Assembly: GCA_964247725.1 (NCBI GenBank)
Contig: CAXTVM010000002.1
Coordinates: 30,876-94,875, forward strand
Length of the DNA stretch: 64,000 bases
Direction: 5' to 3'
Source: an uncultured Acetobacteraceae bacterium
GTDB lineage: Bacteria; Pseudomonadota; Alphaproteobacteria; Acetobacterales; Acetobacteraceae
A program made the position numbers and the translations under genes. How positions within the stretch are numbered: the first letter of the stretch is position 1; the number at the start of each line of letters is the position of its first letter. Under the pieces are notes generated by a model. That model was not told the origin of the DNA. It searched no databases and saw nothing but the letters and a program-made list of their open reading frames with translations. Positions 47,353 through 57,897 of the stretch are shown here, piece after piece.

Positions 47353-50300
47353 ATGCACGCGCCGATGTCCGCACCGCCTGATCCGCTGCCGGCCGGACGC
47401 ATCACCGAGGCCGATCGGGCGCAGTGGCACATCTGGGCCGAGGCGCGCGCGCAGGACGCGTTCCGGCGCGGCCGCCAAGCCGCAGACCGCGGCCAGGCCG
47501 GCGACGCGCTGCGCTGGCTGGAGCGGGCGCACCGCCTGGCGCCTACCGCGGCCAACGTCACCTTCCCGCTGGCCATGGCCCGGATGTCCTCGGGCGATCC
47601 GCACGGCGCGGTGCGGCTGCTGCAGGGGCTGTTGCAGCGCCACGATTTCCGCGAGGGCTGGATCGCGCTGGCGGCGGCGCGCCGCGCCGCGGGCTCGCCC
47701 GACGAGGCCGCCGCCGCGGTCGGCGAGGCGCTGGCGCGGCATGCGCCGGACCCTGCCGTCGTTGGGCTGATCGGCGAGATCGCCCGCGGCGCCGGCTGGC
47801 CCGGCTGGTGCGGCCTGTCCGGCGACGGCCGCCTGCACCTGGATCGCGGCGCCGGCCGCGACCCGCTGCTGGTGCGGCTGGACGGCGTGCCGATCCGGCC
47901 GCGGGCGAGCGGCGGCGTGTCGCGGCTGCCGCGCGGCTGGTCGCAGGGCCGGCGGCTCGACGTGTCGCGCGGCGGCCGCGCGCTGCTCGGCAGCCCGCTC
48001 GACATCCGGGCGATCCTCCGCGTCGAGGGCTTCGTCGAGGTGGCCGACGGGCGGCTGACCGGCTGGGTCTGGCATCCCGGCGAGCCTGAGCGCGTGCCCG
48101 TGGTGACGCTGCGGTCGGCCTGCGGCGCTAGCCTCACCGTCACCATGGAGCGCTTCGCCGACCACATCACCAGCGAGGTGCCGCTGGCCCGGCCCCGGCT
48201 GCTGTGCCTGCCTCCGGAGGCGGCGGCGCTGGAGCGGGACGGCGTGGTCCGGCTGCTGGGCGACGACGGGCGCGACCTGCTCGGCAGCCCGCTGGACCCC
48301 GGTCTGGAAGGCCGGGCCGCCGTTGCGGTCGCCTTGCTGCAGGCGCGGCACAGCACGCAGAGCCGCCTGCCGCCGGCGGCGCGCGGGCGGACCCTGGCGG
48401 CGGCCGGCGAGCTGCCGCCGTTCCTGCCGGTCTCGGCCTGGATCGCGGGACAGGCGCCGGAGGTCGGCGCCGCCGCACCGGTCGACGTGGTGGTGCCGGT
48501 CTATCGCCACCTTCGCCGCACGATCGAATGCCTGGAGAGCGTGCTGGCCAACGTCCCGGCCGGCACCCGCCTGGTGGTGGTGGAGGACGCCTCGCCGGAC
48601 GAGGCGTTGGTGCAGGCGCTGGTGACGCTGCGCGAGGCCGGCCGTATCCACCTGCTGCGCCACGCCGCCAACCGCGGCTTCCCGGCCAGCGCCAACGACG
48701 GCATCGCGTCCTGCCCCGGTCGCGACGTCGTGCTGCTGAACAGCGACACGCTGGTGGCGCCGGGCTGGCTCGAGGCGCTGCGCCGGGCGGCCTACGCGGC
48801 ACCCGACATCGGCACCGCGACGCCGTTCAGCAACGACGGCAGCATCCTCAGCTATCCCGATCGGCAGGTGCGCAACCCGATGCCCGACCTCGCCGGCACC
48901 CGCCGGATGATGGCGCTGGCGGCGGCGACCAACGGCGATGCGGTGCACGACATCCCGACCGGCAACGGCTTCTGCCTGTACCTGCGGCGCGACTGCCTCG
49001 ACCAGGTCGGGCTGCTGCGCGAGGACCTGTTCGCGCAGGGCTACGGCGAGGAGAACGATCTCTGCCTGCGCGCGCGCCACCTCGGCTGGCGGCACGTCGC
49101 CGCACTCGGCGTCTACGTCGCCCATGCCGGCCAGGTCTCGTTCGGCGCGGCGCGCACCGACCTGATGCGCCGCAACCTCGAGGTCATCAACCGGCTGCAT
49201 CCGGGCTACGACGCGCTGATCCTGGCCCACATCGCCGCTGACCCGCTGGCGCCGGCGCGACGCGCGCTCGACCTCGCGCGGTGGGGGCAGGCGCGGCGGG
49301 CGCGGGCGGCACGCGACATGGCGCCGCGCGCGGCGCTGCTGATCACCCACGCTCAGGGCGGCGGCGTCGAGCGCGTGGTGCAGGAGCGCGCCCGCCAGCT
49401 GCGGGCGCAAGGGCTACGCCCGATCGTGCTGCGGCCGGACGGCGACGGGGTGCTGGTCTCGGACGCGGCGCTGGAGGAGGGCTTCCCCAACCTCCGCTAC
49501 GCGCTGCCGGGGGAGTTCGAGGCGCTGGTGGCGATGCTGGTCCCGGAGGGCGTGCTGCATGCCGAGTGGCACCACCTGCTCGGCCACCACCCGCTGCTGC
49601 GCACGCTCTGCCGCCGCCTCGGCGTGCCCTACGACGCCTTCATCCACGACTATGCCTGGTTCTGTCCGAGGATCGCGTTGATCGGGCCGGGCGGGCGCTA
49701 TTGCGGGGAGCCGGATGTCGGCGGCTGCGAGGCCTGTATCGCGATCCAGGGCAGCAGCCTCGACGAGCCGATCGCGGTCAGGGCGCTGCTGGCCCGCTCG
49801 GCGGCGGAGCTGCGGGCGGCGCGCCGGGTGATGGCGCCGTCGCAGGATGCGGCGGCCCGCATCGCGCGGCATTTCGCGAAGGTCCGCGCGGAGGTAGTGC
49901 CGTGGGAGGACGACCGCCCGGACCTGTCCCTGGAGCGGCTGGCGGCGGTGTCGTCGCTGGCGCCGCGGCCGACGCTGGAGCGCCCGGGCCACCGCGGCCA
50001 GCCCGGCGGCATCGGACGGATCGCCGTGATCGGCGGTATCGGCCGCGAGAAGGGCTACGACGTGCTGCTGGCCTGCCTGGTCGAGGTCCGTGCCCGGGCC
50101 TTGCCGCTGGAGTTCGTGGTGGTCGGTCATACGCCGGACGACGCGGCGCTGATGGAGGCCGGGTGCCGCTTCGTCACCGGCGAGTATCGCGAGGACGATG
50201 CGGTGGCGCTGATCCGGTCGCAGGAGGCGGACCTGGCATTGCTGCCGTCGATCTGGCCGGAGACCTGGTGCTTCACGCTGAGCCTGGCCTGGCGCGCCGG

Positions 50301-50439
50301 GCTCGCGGTGGCGGCGTTCGACCTCGGCGCCCCGGCCGAGCGGATCCGCCGCACCCGTCGCGGCACGGTGCTGCCGCTGGGGCTGCCGGTTCCGCAACTC
50401 GTCATGCAGTTGCTGCGGCTTTGCCATTCCGGCGCCTGA
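47353..50439 (+). CDS. Multidomain glycosyltransferase: TPR, unknown domain, GT2, GT4-like
   Basis: N-terminal TPR helices; DVVVPVY, VVEDASPD, NRGFPASANDG, LLNSDT (GT2); IGREKG, LPSIWPETW (GT-B). Confidence 0.88.
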   Translation: MHAPMSAPPDPLPAGRITEADRAQWHIWAEARAQDAFRRGRQAADRGQAGDALRWLERAHRLAPTAANVTFPLAMARMSSGDPHGAVRLLQGLLQRHDFREGWIALAAARRAAGSPDEAAAAVGEALARHAPDPAVVGLIGEIARGAGWPGWCGLSGDGRLHLDRGAGRDPLLVRLDGVPIRPRASGGVSRLPRGWSQGRRLDVSRGGRALLGSPLDIRAILRVEGFVEVADGRLTGWVWHPGEPERVPVVTLRSACGASLTVTMERFADHITSEVPLARPRLLCLPPEAAALERDGVVRLLGDDGRDLLGSPLDPGLEGRAAVAVALLQARHSTQSRLPPAARGRTLAAAGELPPFLPVSAWIAGQAPEVGAAAPVDVVVPVYRHLRRTIECLESVLANVPAGTRLVVVEDASPDEALVQALVTLREAGRIHLLRHAANRGFPASANDGIASCPGRDVVLLNSDTLVAPGWLEALRRAAYAAPDIGTATPFSNDGSILSYPDRQVRNPMPDLAGTRRMMALAAATNGDAVHDIPTGNGFCLYLRRDCLDQVGLLREDLFAQGYGEENDLCLRARHLGWRHVAALGVYVAHAGQVSFGAARTDLMRRNLEVINRLHPGYDALILAHIAADPLAPARRALDLARWGQARRARAARDMAPRAALLITHAQGGGVERVVQERARQLRAQGLRPIVLRPDGDGVLVSDAALEEGFPNLRYALPGEFEALVAMLVPEGVLHAEWHHLLGHHPLLRTLCRRLGVPYDAFIHDYAWFCPRIALIGPGGRYCGEPDVGGCEACIAIQGSSLDEPIAVRALLARSAAELRAARRVMAPSQDAAARIARHFAKVRAEVVPWEDDRPDLSLERLAAVSSLAPRPTLERPGHRGQPGGIGRIAVIGGIGREKGYDVLLACLVEVRARALPLEFVVVGHTPDDAALMEAGCRFVTGEYREDDAVALIRSQEADLALLPSIWPETWCFTLSLAWRAGLAVAAFDLGAPAERIRRTRRGTVLPLGLPVPQLVMQLLRLCHSGA

Positions 50440-50551
50440 GCGGCCGCTCCGGCCGTGCTGGCGCCCATTGCAGGCGGGCGCACGTCGTCGCACCATCCTC
50501 GCCAACAACGATAACCTGCCCGGCCGTGGTCGGCATGAACGGAACCCGACG

Positions 50552-51652
50552 ATGTCGCAGACCAGTCCGACACCGAACCAGAGGCTGGTGACGGAGCTCA
50601 AGGTTTCGGCCCACCTGATGCTGCTCGATCCAGGACTGTTCTGCGTCTTCCACAGCCCCGGCACGCCGCTGCCGGACCCGGCGACCGGCCTGCCCGGGGT
50701 GCGGATCAGCCGGCCGCCGACCACGGCCGACGCCATGCTGTCGATCAGCACCTTCAACGCCGACGGCTGGCTCGGCGGCGAGGGCAACGCGGCGCTGGTG
50801 CGGGTAGCGTCGCAGCCGTCGCAGGTGCTGATCACGATCTACCAGGCGGCCGGCAGCACCGTGGAGGCGCCGAAGCTGCAGGTGCTCCGCCTGAGCGAGA
50901 CCGCCCCCGCCCGGGTCGCGCCGCCGCAGGAGCAGATGGCCGCACCATCCGCCGGCGACCGTCGCGGAAGCGAGACCCCGGCGGCGGGCGCGGTCCCGGC
51001 GGGGACCAAACTGGAGGTGGCAGCGCACGTGCAGCGCCGCGGCGACGTGCTGTCGCGGCTCGGCGAGTGGATGGGCAACCGGGGCAGCCAGAACTGGATC
51101 GAGGGCTTCGGCATCTCGCCGAACAGCCTGGTCGACCCGAGCGAGATCGAATACCAGGCGGTGCTCGGCAAGGGCTGGCTGTCGCCCTGGGCGGAGGGCG
51201 GCAACTACTGCGGCAGCCGCGGCATGGCGCTGCCGATCCTGGGCTTGCGCGTACGCCTGAAGGGCCAGGCGGCCGAACGGTTCGACGTCCGCGTCAGCGC
51301 CAGCTTCACCGACGGCAGCCAGGTCGGGCCGGTCGACGGCACCCACACGGCGGAGTCGCCGGACCTGGCGCCGCTAGAGGCGTTCCTGGTCGAGATCGTG
51401 CCGCGCGACGACCTGGCGTCGGACGGCGCCGAGCCCGAGCAGGCGGTGAAGACCCGGGCGGCGCCCCGCCCGGCCGCGAAGCCGTCGCGCGGGGCGCCGG
51501 AGCCGGTGAAGCCGAAGGTCGCGGCGCTGAAGCGCGGCGTCCGCCCGCCACTGGACAAGCCCAGCTTGAAGCCGATGCGGGGTGGGGCCGGTGCCATGCC
51601 GGCGCGGCACAACGGTCCGGCCGGCAAGGCCGGCAGCAAGGGCCGGCGCTGA
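50552..51652 (+). CDS. Hypothetical protein with two ChW (hydrophobic Trp)-like repeats and a basic low-complexity tail
   Basis: AHVQRRGD...GEWMGNRGSQNWIEGFGI and YQAVLGKGWLSPWAEGGNYCGSRGMALPILGLRVRL. Confidence 0.75.
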   Translation: MSQTSPTPNQRLVTELKVSAHLMLLDPGLFCVFHSPGTPLPDPATGLPGVRISRPPTTADAMLSISTFNADGWLGGEGNAALVRVASQPSQVLITIYQAAGSTVEAPKLQVLRLSETAPARVAPPQEQMAAPSAGDRRGSETPAAGAVPAGTKLEVAAHVQRRGDVLSRLGEWMGNRGSQNWIEGFGISPNSLVDPSEIEYQAVLGKGWLSPWAEGGNYCGSRGMALPILGLRVRLKGQAAERFDVRVSASFTDGSQVGPVDGTHTAESPDLAPLEAFLVEIVPRDDLASDGAEPEQAVKTRAAPRPAAKPSRGAPEPVKPKVAALKRGVRPPLDKPSLKPMRGGAGAMPARHNGPAGKAGSKGRR

Positions 51653-51819
51653 CGCGACGTCGTGGCCGGACGGCCACGGTGCCGGATAGTGGCCTTATCG
51701 GATCGTCAAGCTGTTGCCTGGCATGATGCGGCGATGCACACCCTCCGTTCCTCCGCCCGTGCGCCGAGGGCTCAGCGGCCTCGCTGGGCCGTCCGCGTCG
51801 AGACGATGGCGAGCTTGTC

Positions 51820-53043
51820 TTGAGATACCTGTTCATCCACCAGAACTTCCCGGGGCAGTTCCTGCACCTGGTGCGCCACCTGACCCGACAGGGCGGCCAT
51901 GAGGTGGTGTTCATCAGCGAGCCGAACGCCAACGTCCTGCCGGGGGTCCGCAGGATCTTCTACAAGATGAGGCGAAGTGCGTCGGCCGAGACGCATCCGG
52001 CGGCGCAGGAGTTCGAGGTGGCGATGCTGCGCGCCGAGATGGTAGCGCAGACCGCCCGGAACCTGAAGAACCTCGGTTTCGAGCCCGACATCATCATCGG
52101 CCACCATGGCTGGGGCGAGCTGCTCAACATCCGCGACGTGTACCCGGACACGCCGATGCTGGGCTACCTCGAGTTCTATTATCACGTCGACAAGTTCGAC
52201 GTCGGCTTCGATCCCGAATTTCCGAACGACCCCGCGCTGCACGCGCGCGTCCGGGCCAAGAACGCGGTCAACCTGATCGCGCTCAACATCGCCGGGCAGG
52301 GCCAGACGCCGACCCTGTTCCAGAAGTCGACCTATCCCGAATGGGCGCAGGACCGCATCGCGATGCTGCGGGAGGGCGTCGACCTGCAGGCCTGCGCGCC
52401 CGATCCGTCGCTGGCGAAGCGGGACTTCGTGCTGCGCAACGTGCTGGTGCGCGCGCACGAGAAGCTGGTGACCTACGTCTCGCGCGACCTCGAGCCGTAT
52501 CGCGGCTTCCACAGCGTGATGCGGGCGCTGCCGCACATCCTGGACGAGCGGTCCGATGCGCAGGTGGTCCTGGTCGGCGGCGACGGCGTCAGCTACGGCG
52601 CGCGGCTGGCCGAAGGCTGCTGGCGCGAGGTGCTGACTGCGGAGCTCGGCAGCCGGCTCGACCTGTCGCGCGTGCACTTCGTCGGCAAGCTCGACTACCA
52701 GAGCTACGCCGACCTGCTGAAGCGGTCGGACGCGCACGTCTACCTGACCTACCCGTTCGTCGCCTCATGGTCGTTGCGGGAGGCGCTGGCCTCGGGCTGC
52801 GCCATTGTCGGCAGCGATACCGCGCCGGTGCAGGAGTTCATCCGCCATGGCAAGAACGGCCTGCTGGCGCCGTTCCACGACCCCGCCGGCATCGCCGATG
52901 CGGTGCTCGAGCTGTTGGAGAACAAGGCGCTGGCGCAGCGCCTGCGCCGCGCCGCGCGCAAGGACGCCGAGCGCACGCTCTCGATGGCGGACTACCTCAC
53001 GAACTACGAGGCGCTGATCGAGGAGACCATCGCGGCCGCATAA
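51820..53043 (+). CDS. Glycosyltransferase family 4 (HQNFPGQF subgroup)
   Basis: FIHQNFPGQF, IIGHHGWGE, RDLEPYRGF, YLTYPFVASWSLREALASG. Confidence 0.92.
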   Translation: MRYLFIHQNFPGQFLHLVRHLTRQGGHEVVFISEPNANVLPGVRRIFYKMRRSASAETHPAAQEFEVAMLRAEMVAQTARNLKNLGFEPDIIIGHHGWGELLNIRDVYPDTPMLGYLEFYYHVDKFDVGFDPEFPNDPALHARVRAKNAVNLIALNIAGQGQTPTLFQKSTYPEWAQDRIAMLREGVDLQACAPDPSLAKRDFVLRNVLVRAHEKLVTYVSRDLEPYRGFHSVMRALPHILDERSDAQVVLVGGDGVSYGARLAEGCWREVLTAELGSRLDLSRVHFVGKLDYQSYADLLKRSDAHVYLTYPFVASWSLREALASGCAIVGSDTAPVQEFIRHGKNGLLAPFHDPAGIADAVLELLENKALAQRLRRAARKDAERTLSMADYLTNYEALIEETIAAA

Positions 53044-53161
53044 GGCCAGGGGCCCTGCCCCTGGACCCCGCCAAAGGCTCGCCTTTGGAAACCCTTACTT
53101 GAAGAATCGGGTCCTAGGGCCGCCGGCCCTAGCGGGGTCCAGGGGCAGCGCCCATGGCCTT
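53042..53161. repeat. Palindromic miniature repeat, copy F (between convergent genes)
   Basis: AAGGCCAGGGGCCCTGCCCCTGGACCCCGCCAAAGG...CCTTTGGAAACC...CTAGGGCC/GGCCCTAG...GGGGCAGCGCCCATGGCCTT; overlaps the upstream TAA. Confidence 0.9.
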
Positions 53162-53163
53162 GC

Positions 53164-53691
53164 CTATGCCGTCTTCACGGCCGCCAACGCCTCCCGGATG
53201 ACCTGCCCCGCCTCCTCTCGGCCGGCCCAGCCGGTGACCTTCACCCACTTCCCCTTCTCGAGGTCCTTGTAGCGGGTGAAGAAGTGCTCGATCGCCTGGC
53301 GGGTGATCTCGGGCAGCTGCATCACCTCCTGGATCTCGGTGAACTGGGTGTGCATCTTGTCGTGCGGCACGCAGACGATCTTCTCGTCCATGCCGCTCTC
53401 GTCTTCCATCTTCAGCATGCCGATCGGGCGGGCGCGGATCACGGCACCCGGCACCATCGGCGCCGGCGCCAGCACCAGCGCGTCGGCCGGATCGCCGTCG
53501 GCGGCGAGCGTCCCGGGGATGAAGCCGTAGGCGGCCGGGTAGGCCATCGGCGTGAACAGGAAGCGGTCGACGAACACCGCGCCGCTCTCCTTGTCGATCT
53601 CGTACTTGACCGAGGAGCCGGCCGGGATCTCGATGACGACGTTGATGTCCCATGGGACGTCCTTGCCGGGGCTGATCTTGGAGACGTCCAT
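53164..53691 (-). CDS. ppa: Inorganic pyrophosphatase (family I)
   Basis: VKYEIDKESG, YGFIPGTLAADGDPAD, MEDESGMDEKI, FFTRYKDLEKGKW. Confidence 0.96.
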   Translation of the reverse strand: MDVSKISPGKDVPWDINVVIEIPAGSSVKYEIDKESGAVFVDRFLFTPMAYPAAYGFIPGTLAADGDPADALVLAPAPMVPGAVIRARPIGMLKMEDESGMDEKIVCVPHDKMHTQFTEIQEVMQLPEITRQAIEHFFTRYKDLEKGKWVKVTGWAGREEAGQVIREALAAVKTA

Positions 53692-53810
53692 CGTGCGGTC
53701 TTCCTGCGGATTGGCGAGAGGTGCCGGGACCGTATCGGCGCCGCCCGGCTTTGCCAAGCAGACCCGCCTTGCCAACCCAGCCGAGTTGGGCGATCTGATC
53801 GCAGGCCTGT

Positions 53811-53883
53811 GCGCCCGTAGCTCAATGGTCAGAGCGGGCCGCTCATAACGGCTTGGTTGCGGGTTCGAGTCCTGCCGGGCGCA
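53811..53883 (+). tRNA. tRNA with CAT anticodon, most likely tRNA-Ile2 (lysidine); CCA not encoded
   Basis: Acceptor GCGCCCG/CGGGCGC, D arm GCTC-AATGGTCA-GAGC, anticodon loop CTCATAA, T loop GGTTCGAGTCC, discriminator A followed by CGT. Confidence 0.92.
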
Positions 53884-53930
53884 CGTCCTCGTTCCGCCCT
53901 ACCCCACACGCCTATGTCGGGAGCTTCGCC

Positions 53931-55610
<1,680 letters not shown>

Positions 55611-55646
55611 CAGCCGGCTCGAGTCTGGCCGCCCCGAGTCTGGCCG

Positions 55647-56162
55647 CTGAGTCGGGCGGCGATCGGCCGTGTCATCCGCACCGCGCGCCTGGTGCTGGCG
55701 CCGGTCGGCTGGCGCGATGTGGACGACATGGCCGCGCTCAAGAGCGATGCCGGCGCGTTCGCGCTGATGCTGGGCGGCGTGCGCGGCCGCGCGCAGGCGG
55801 AGGCGGAGATGGCCGAGGACCTCGCCTTCTGGGCTCGACGCGGCCTCGGCATCTTCACGATCCGCGAGGCTGGCCTGTTCCAGGGCATGACCGGCCTGCA
55901 TGACCGTCCGGACGGGCTGGGGGTGGGCCTGCGGTTCGCGCTGTTCCCCCGCGCACGCGGTCACGGCGTCGCCCGCGAGGCGGCGGCGGCGGCGCTCCGG
56001 TTCGCGCACGATGCCGGGGAGGCGCGCGTGGTCGCGGTCGCACGGGAGAGCAACTTCGGCTCGCGCACGGTCCTGGGCGGCATCGGCATGACCGTCTGCG
56101 GTCACTTCGAGCGCGACGGCGACCGCATGCTGGTCTACGAGAGCGTGCGCCGGCCGGCCTGA
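55647..56162 (+). CDS. GNAT (RimJ/RimL-like) acetyltransferase; start uncertain
   Basis: VIRTARLVLAP, RGHGVAREAA, NFGSRTVLGGIGM. Confidence 0.75.
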   Translation: MSRAAIGRVIRTARLVLAPVGWRDVDDMAALKSDAGAFALMLGGVRGRAQAEAEMAEDLAFWARRGLGIFTIREAGLFQGMTGLHDRPDGLGVGLRFALFPRARGHGVAREAAAAALRFAHDAGEARVVAVARESNFGSRTVLGGIGMTVCGHFERDGDRMLVYESVRRPA

Positions 56163-56177
56163 TCCCCGCCCGGTCGC

Positions 56178-56816
56178 TCAGGACGGGCGCGAGACCTGCC
56201 GGGTCAGCGCGTTGATCAGCGCCTGCACGCTGTTGCCGTTGTGTGCGAGGTAGCTCGCATAGTCGCTGCGCTGGGTCAGGCTCAGGCTGACGCCCTCGGC
56301 GACGATGTCGACCACCTTGGGCGAGCCGCTGGCGTTGCTGATCTTCCACTGCACGTTGGCGGGCGCCTGGCCCGGCCGGTCGATGACCGTGGCCACCATG
56401 CTGTCGCCGTCTTCCGTCGTCGCCTGCCCGACCAAGATGCTGACGCCTCTGTAGTCGCCGAGCTTGCCGGTGATGGAGTTGACCAGCACCTGGTGGAACA
56501 GGGCGAGGTACTGCTGCTGCTGCGCCGGCGTGGCCTGGCGCCAGAAGCGACCCAGGCAGAAGCGTCCGATCGCCTCCACGTCGACGTCCTGGTTGAGGAT
56601 CGGCAGCACCGCAGCCTTCTTCTCGGCGGTGCTGCCCGAGCCGTTGACGATCGCGGTCAGCCGGTTGCCGAGCGACTGCAGGAACGCCGTGTCCGACTGC
56701 TGCGCGTGCGCGACGGCGATCGGCGACAGTCCCAGCGGCGCCAGCGCGGCGCCTGCGGGCAGGGCGGCCGCGAGCGCCAGGGCGGGCAGGCGAGCGCGGA
56801 TGATGGTCTTCAGCAT
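56178..56816 (-). CDS. mlaC: MlaC/Ttg2D phospholipid-binding periplasmic protein
   Basis: Signal peptide, IGRFCLGRFWRQAT, KVVDIVAEGVSLSLTQRSDY. Confidence 0.9.
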   Translation of the reverse strand: MLKTIIRARLPALALAAALPAGAALAPLGLSPIAVAHAQQSDTAFLQSLGNRLTAIVNGSGSTAEKKAAVLPILNQDVDVEAIGRFCLGRFWRQATPAQQQQYLALFHQVLVNSITGKLGDYRGVSILVGQATTEDGDSMVATVIDRPGQAPANVQWKISNASGSPKVVDIVAEGVSLSLTQRSDYASYLAHNGNSVQALINALTRQVSRPS

Positions 56817-56833
56817 GGCGATCCTGCCCCGGG

Positions 56834-57625
56834 TCATTGGGAATACCAGTCCGGAACCGTCATCCGGTGGTCGTCGCGCACCGCCTTGACCTCGGCGTTG
56901 CGGTGCTGCCGGTAGAGACTGCGTATCGTCGCGTACGGGTCTAGCGCATTCCTCTTGATCTGGTCGAGGTCGCCCAGCACCTCGGAGCGGGCGTCGATCA
57001 CGTCGGCGGCGTAGCGTGCGTCATCCAGGGTGAGCAGCCCATAGCCGCGCGGGACGTAGGTGAACGGCGACAGGCCGATGTCGATCGCGAACCCGGTGGA
57101 GTCCCGCGCGGTCGACGGTCCCAGCACCGGCAGGAACAGATATGGCCCCTGCGGCACGCCCCAGACCGCCAGCGTGATGCCGCCGTCGGTGTCGTGGAAC
57201 GGGTAGCCCCAGCCGGACGCGACGTCGAGGATGCCGCCGATGCCGACGGTCGAGTTGATCAGCAGGCGCATGAAGGTGTCGCCGGCGCGGCGCGGCTTGC
57301 CCTGGAACACGTCGTTGAAGAAGCGCGGCCCGGTGGACAGGTTGGTCAGCACGTTGTGGATGCCGGTGCGGCCGGGCAGCGGCACCAGCCAGACATAGGC
57401 TTGGGCCACCGGCTTCAGGGTGTAGGCGTCGAGCGTGTTGTCGACCCGGTAGAAGAACCGGTTGGCCGGCTCGTACGGATCGTTGGCCTGATCGAAGTCG
57501 GCGCGTGCGGATGGATCGGTCGGCTTGGTCGCGCAGCCGGCGAGGCCGAGCAGACATGCGACGACGCCGCCAAGCCCGGCGAACCGGTTTCGGCGCGGCC
57601 GATTGAGAAGGGTATGCAGGCGCAT
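56834..57625 (-). CDS. mlaA: MlaA/VacJ outer-membrane lipoprotein
   Basis: Lipobox LAGC, NDPYEPANR, INSTVGIGG, GPYLFLPVLGPST, DPYATIRSLY. Confidence 0.93.
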   Translation of the reverse strand: MRLHTLLNRPRRNRFAGLGGVVACLLGLAGCATKPTDPSARADFDQANDPYEPANRFFYRVDNTLDAYTLKPVAQAYVWLVPLPGRTGIHNVLTNLSTGPRFFNDVFQGKPRRAGDTFMRLLINSTVGIGGILDVASGWGYPFHDTDGGITLAVWGVPQGPYLFLPVLGPSTARDSTGFAIDIGLSPFTYVPRGYGLLTLDDARYAADVIDARSEVLGDLDQIKRNALDPYATIRSLYRQHRNAEVKAVRDDHRMTVPDWYSQ

Positions 57626-57897
57626 CGATCGACCTCGGCTCGTCCTGCCGGGCGTGGCGTCCCGGACGGCTCCGGGCAGGCGGCGACGCCGACCTGTCCC
57701 GGATCCGTTGCTTCATCTTCCTAACATGGCCTGGTAGCGGCGCAAGGCGGCGCTCCCCCGGGACGAAATACCCGTTTGCCGGTCCGGCGGCTTCCCCCTA
57801 GGCTTGGCCGACCCATATGCGGGCGTGATAGGTCGCAGCAGGCGTCGGGCCAGCACTTGCCGGCGGCCCTGCATCGATCTCGAGCTTCCGGACCAGC

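Noticed and set aside
53811-53930. tRNA-targeted genomic island
   Set aside because: No integrase and no duplicated tRNA 3' end found; the flanks are housekeeping genes (ppa, ettA).
57626-57897. SAM-II/SAM-SAH riboswitch upstream of metF
   Set aside because: No recognisable consensus core found by eye.
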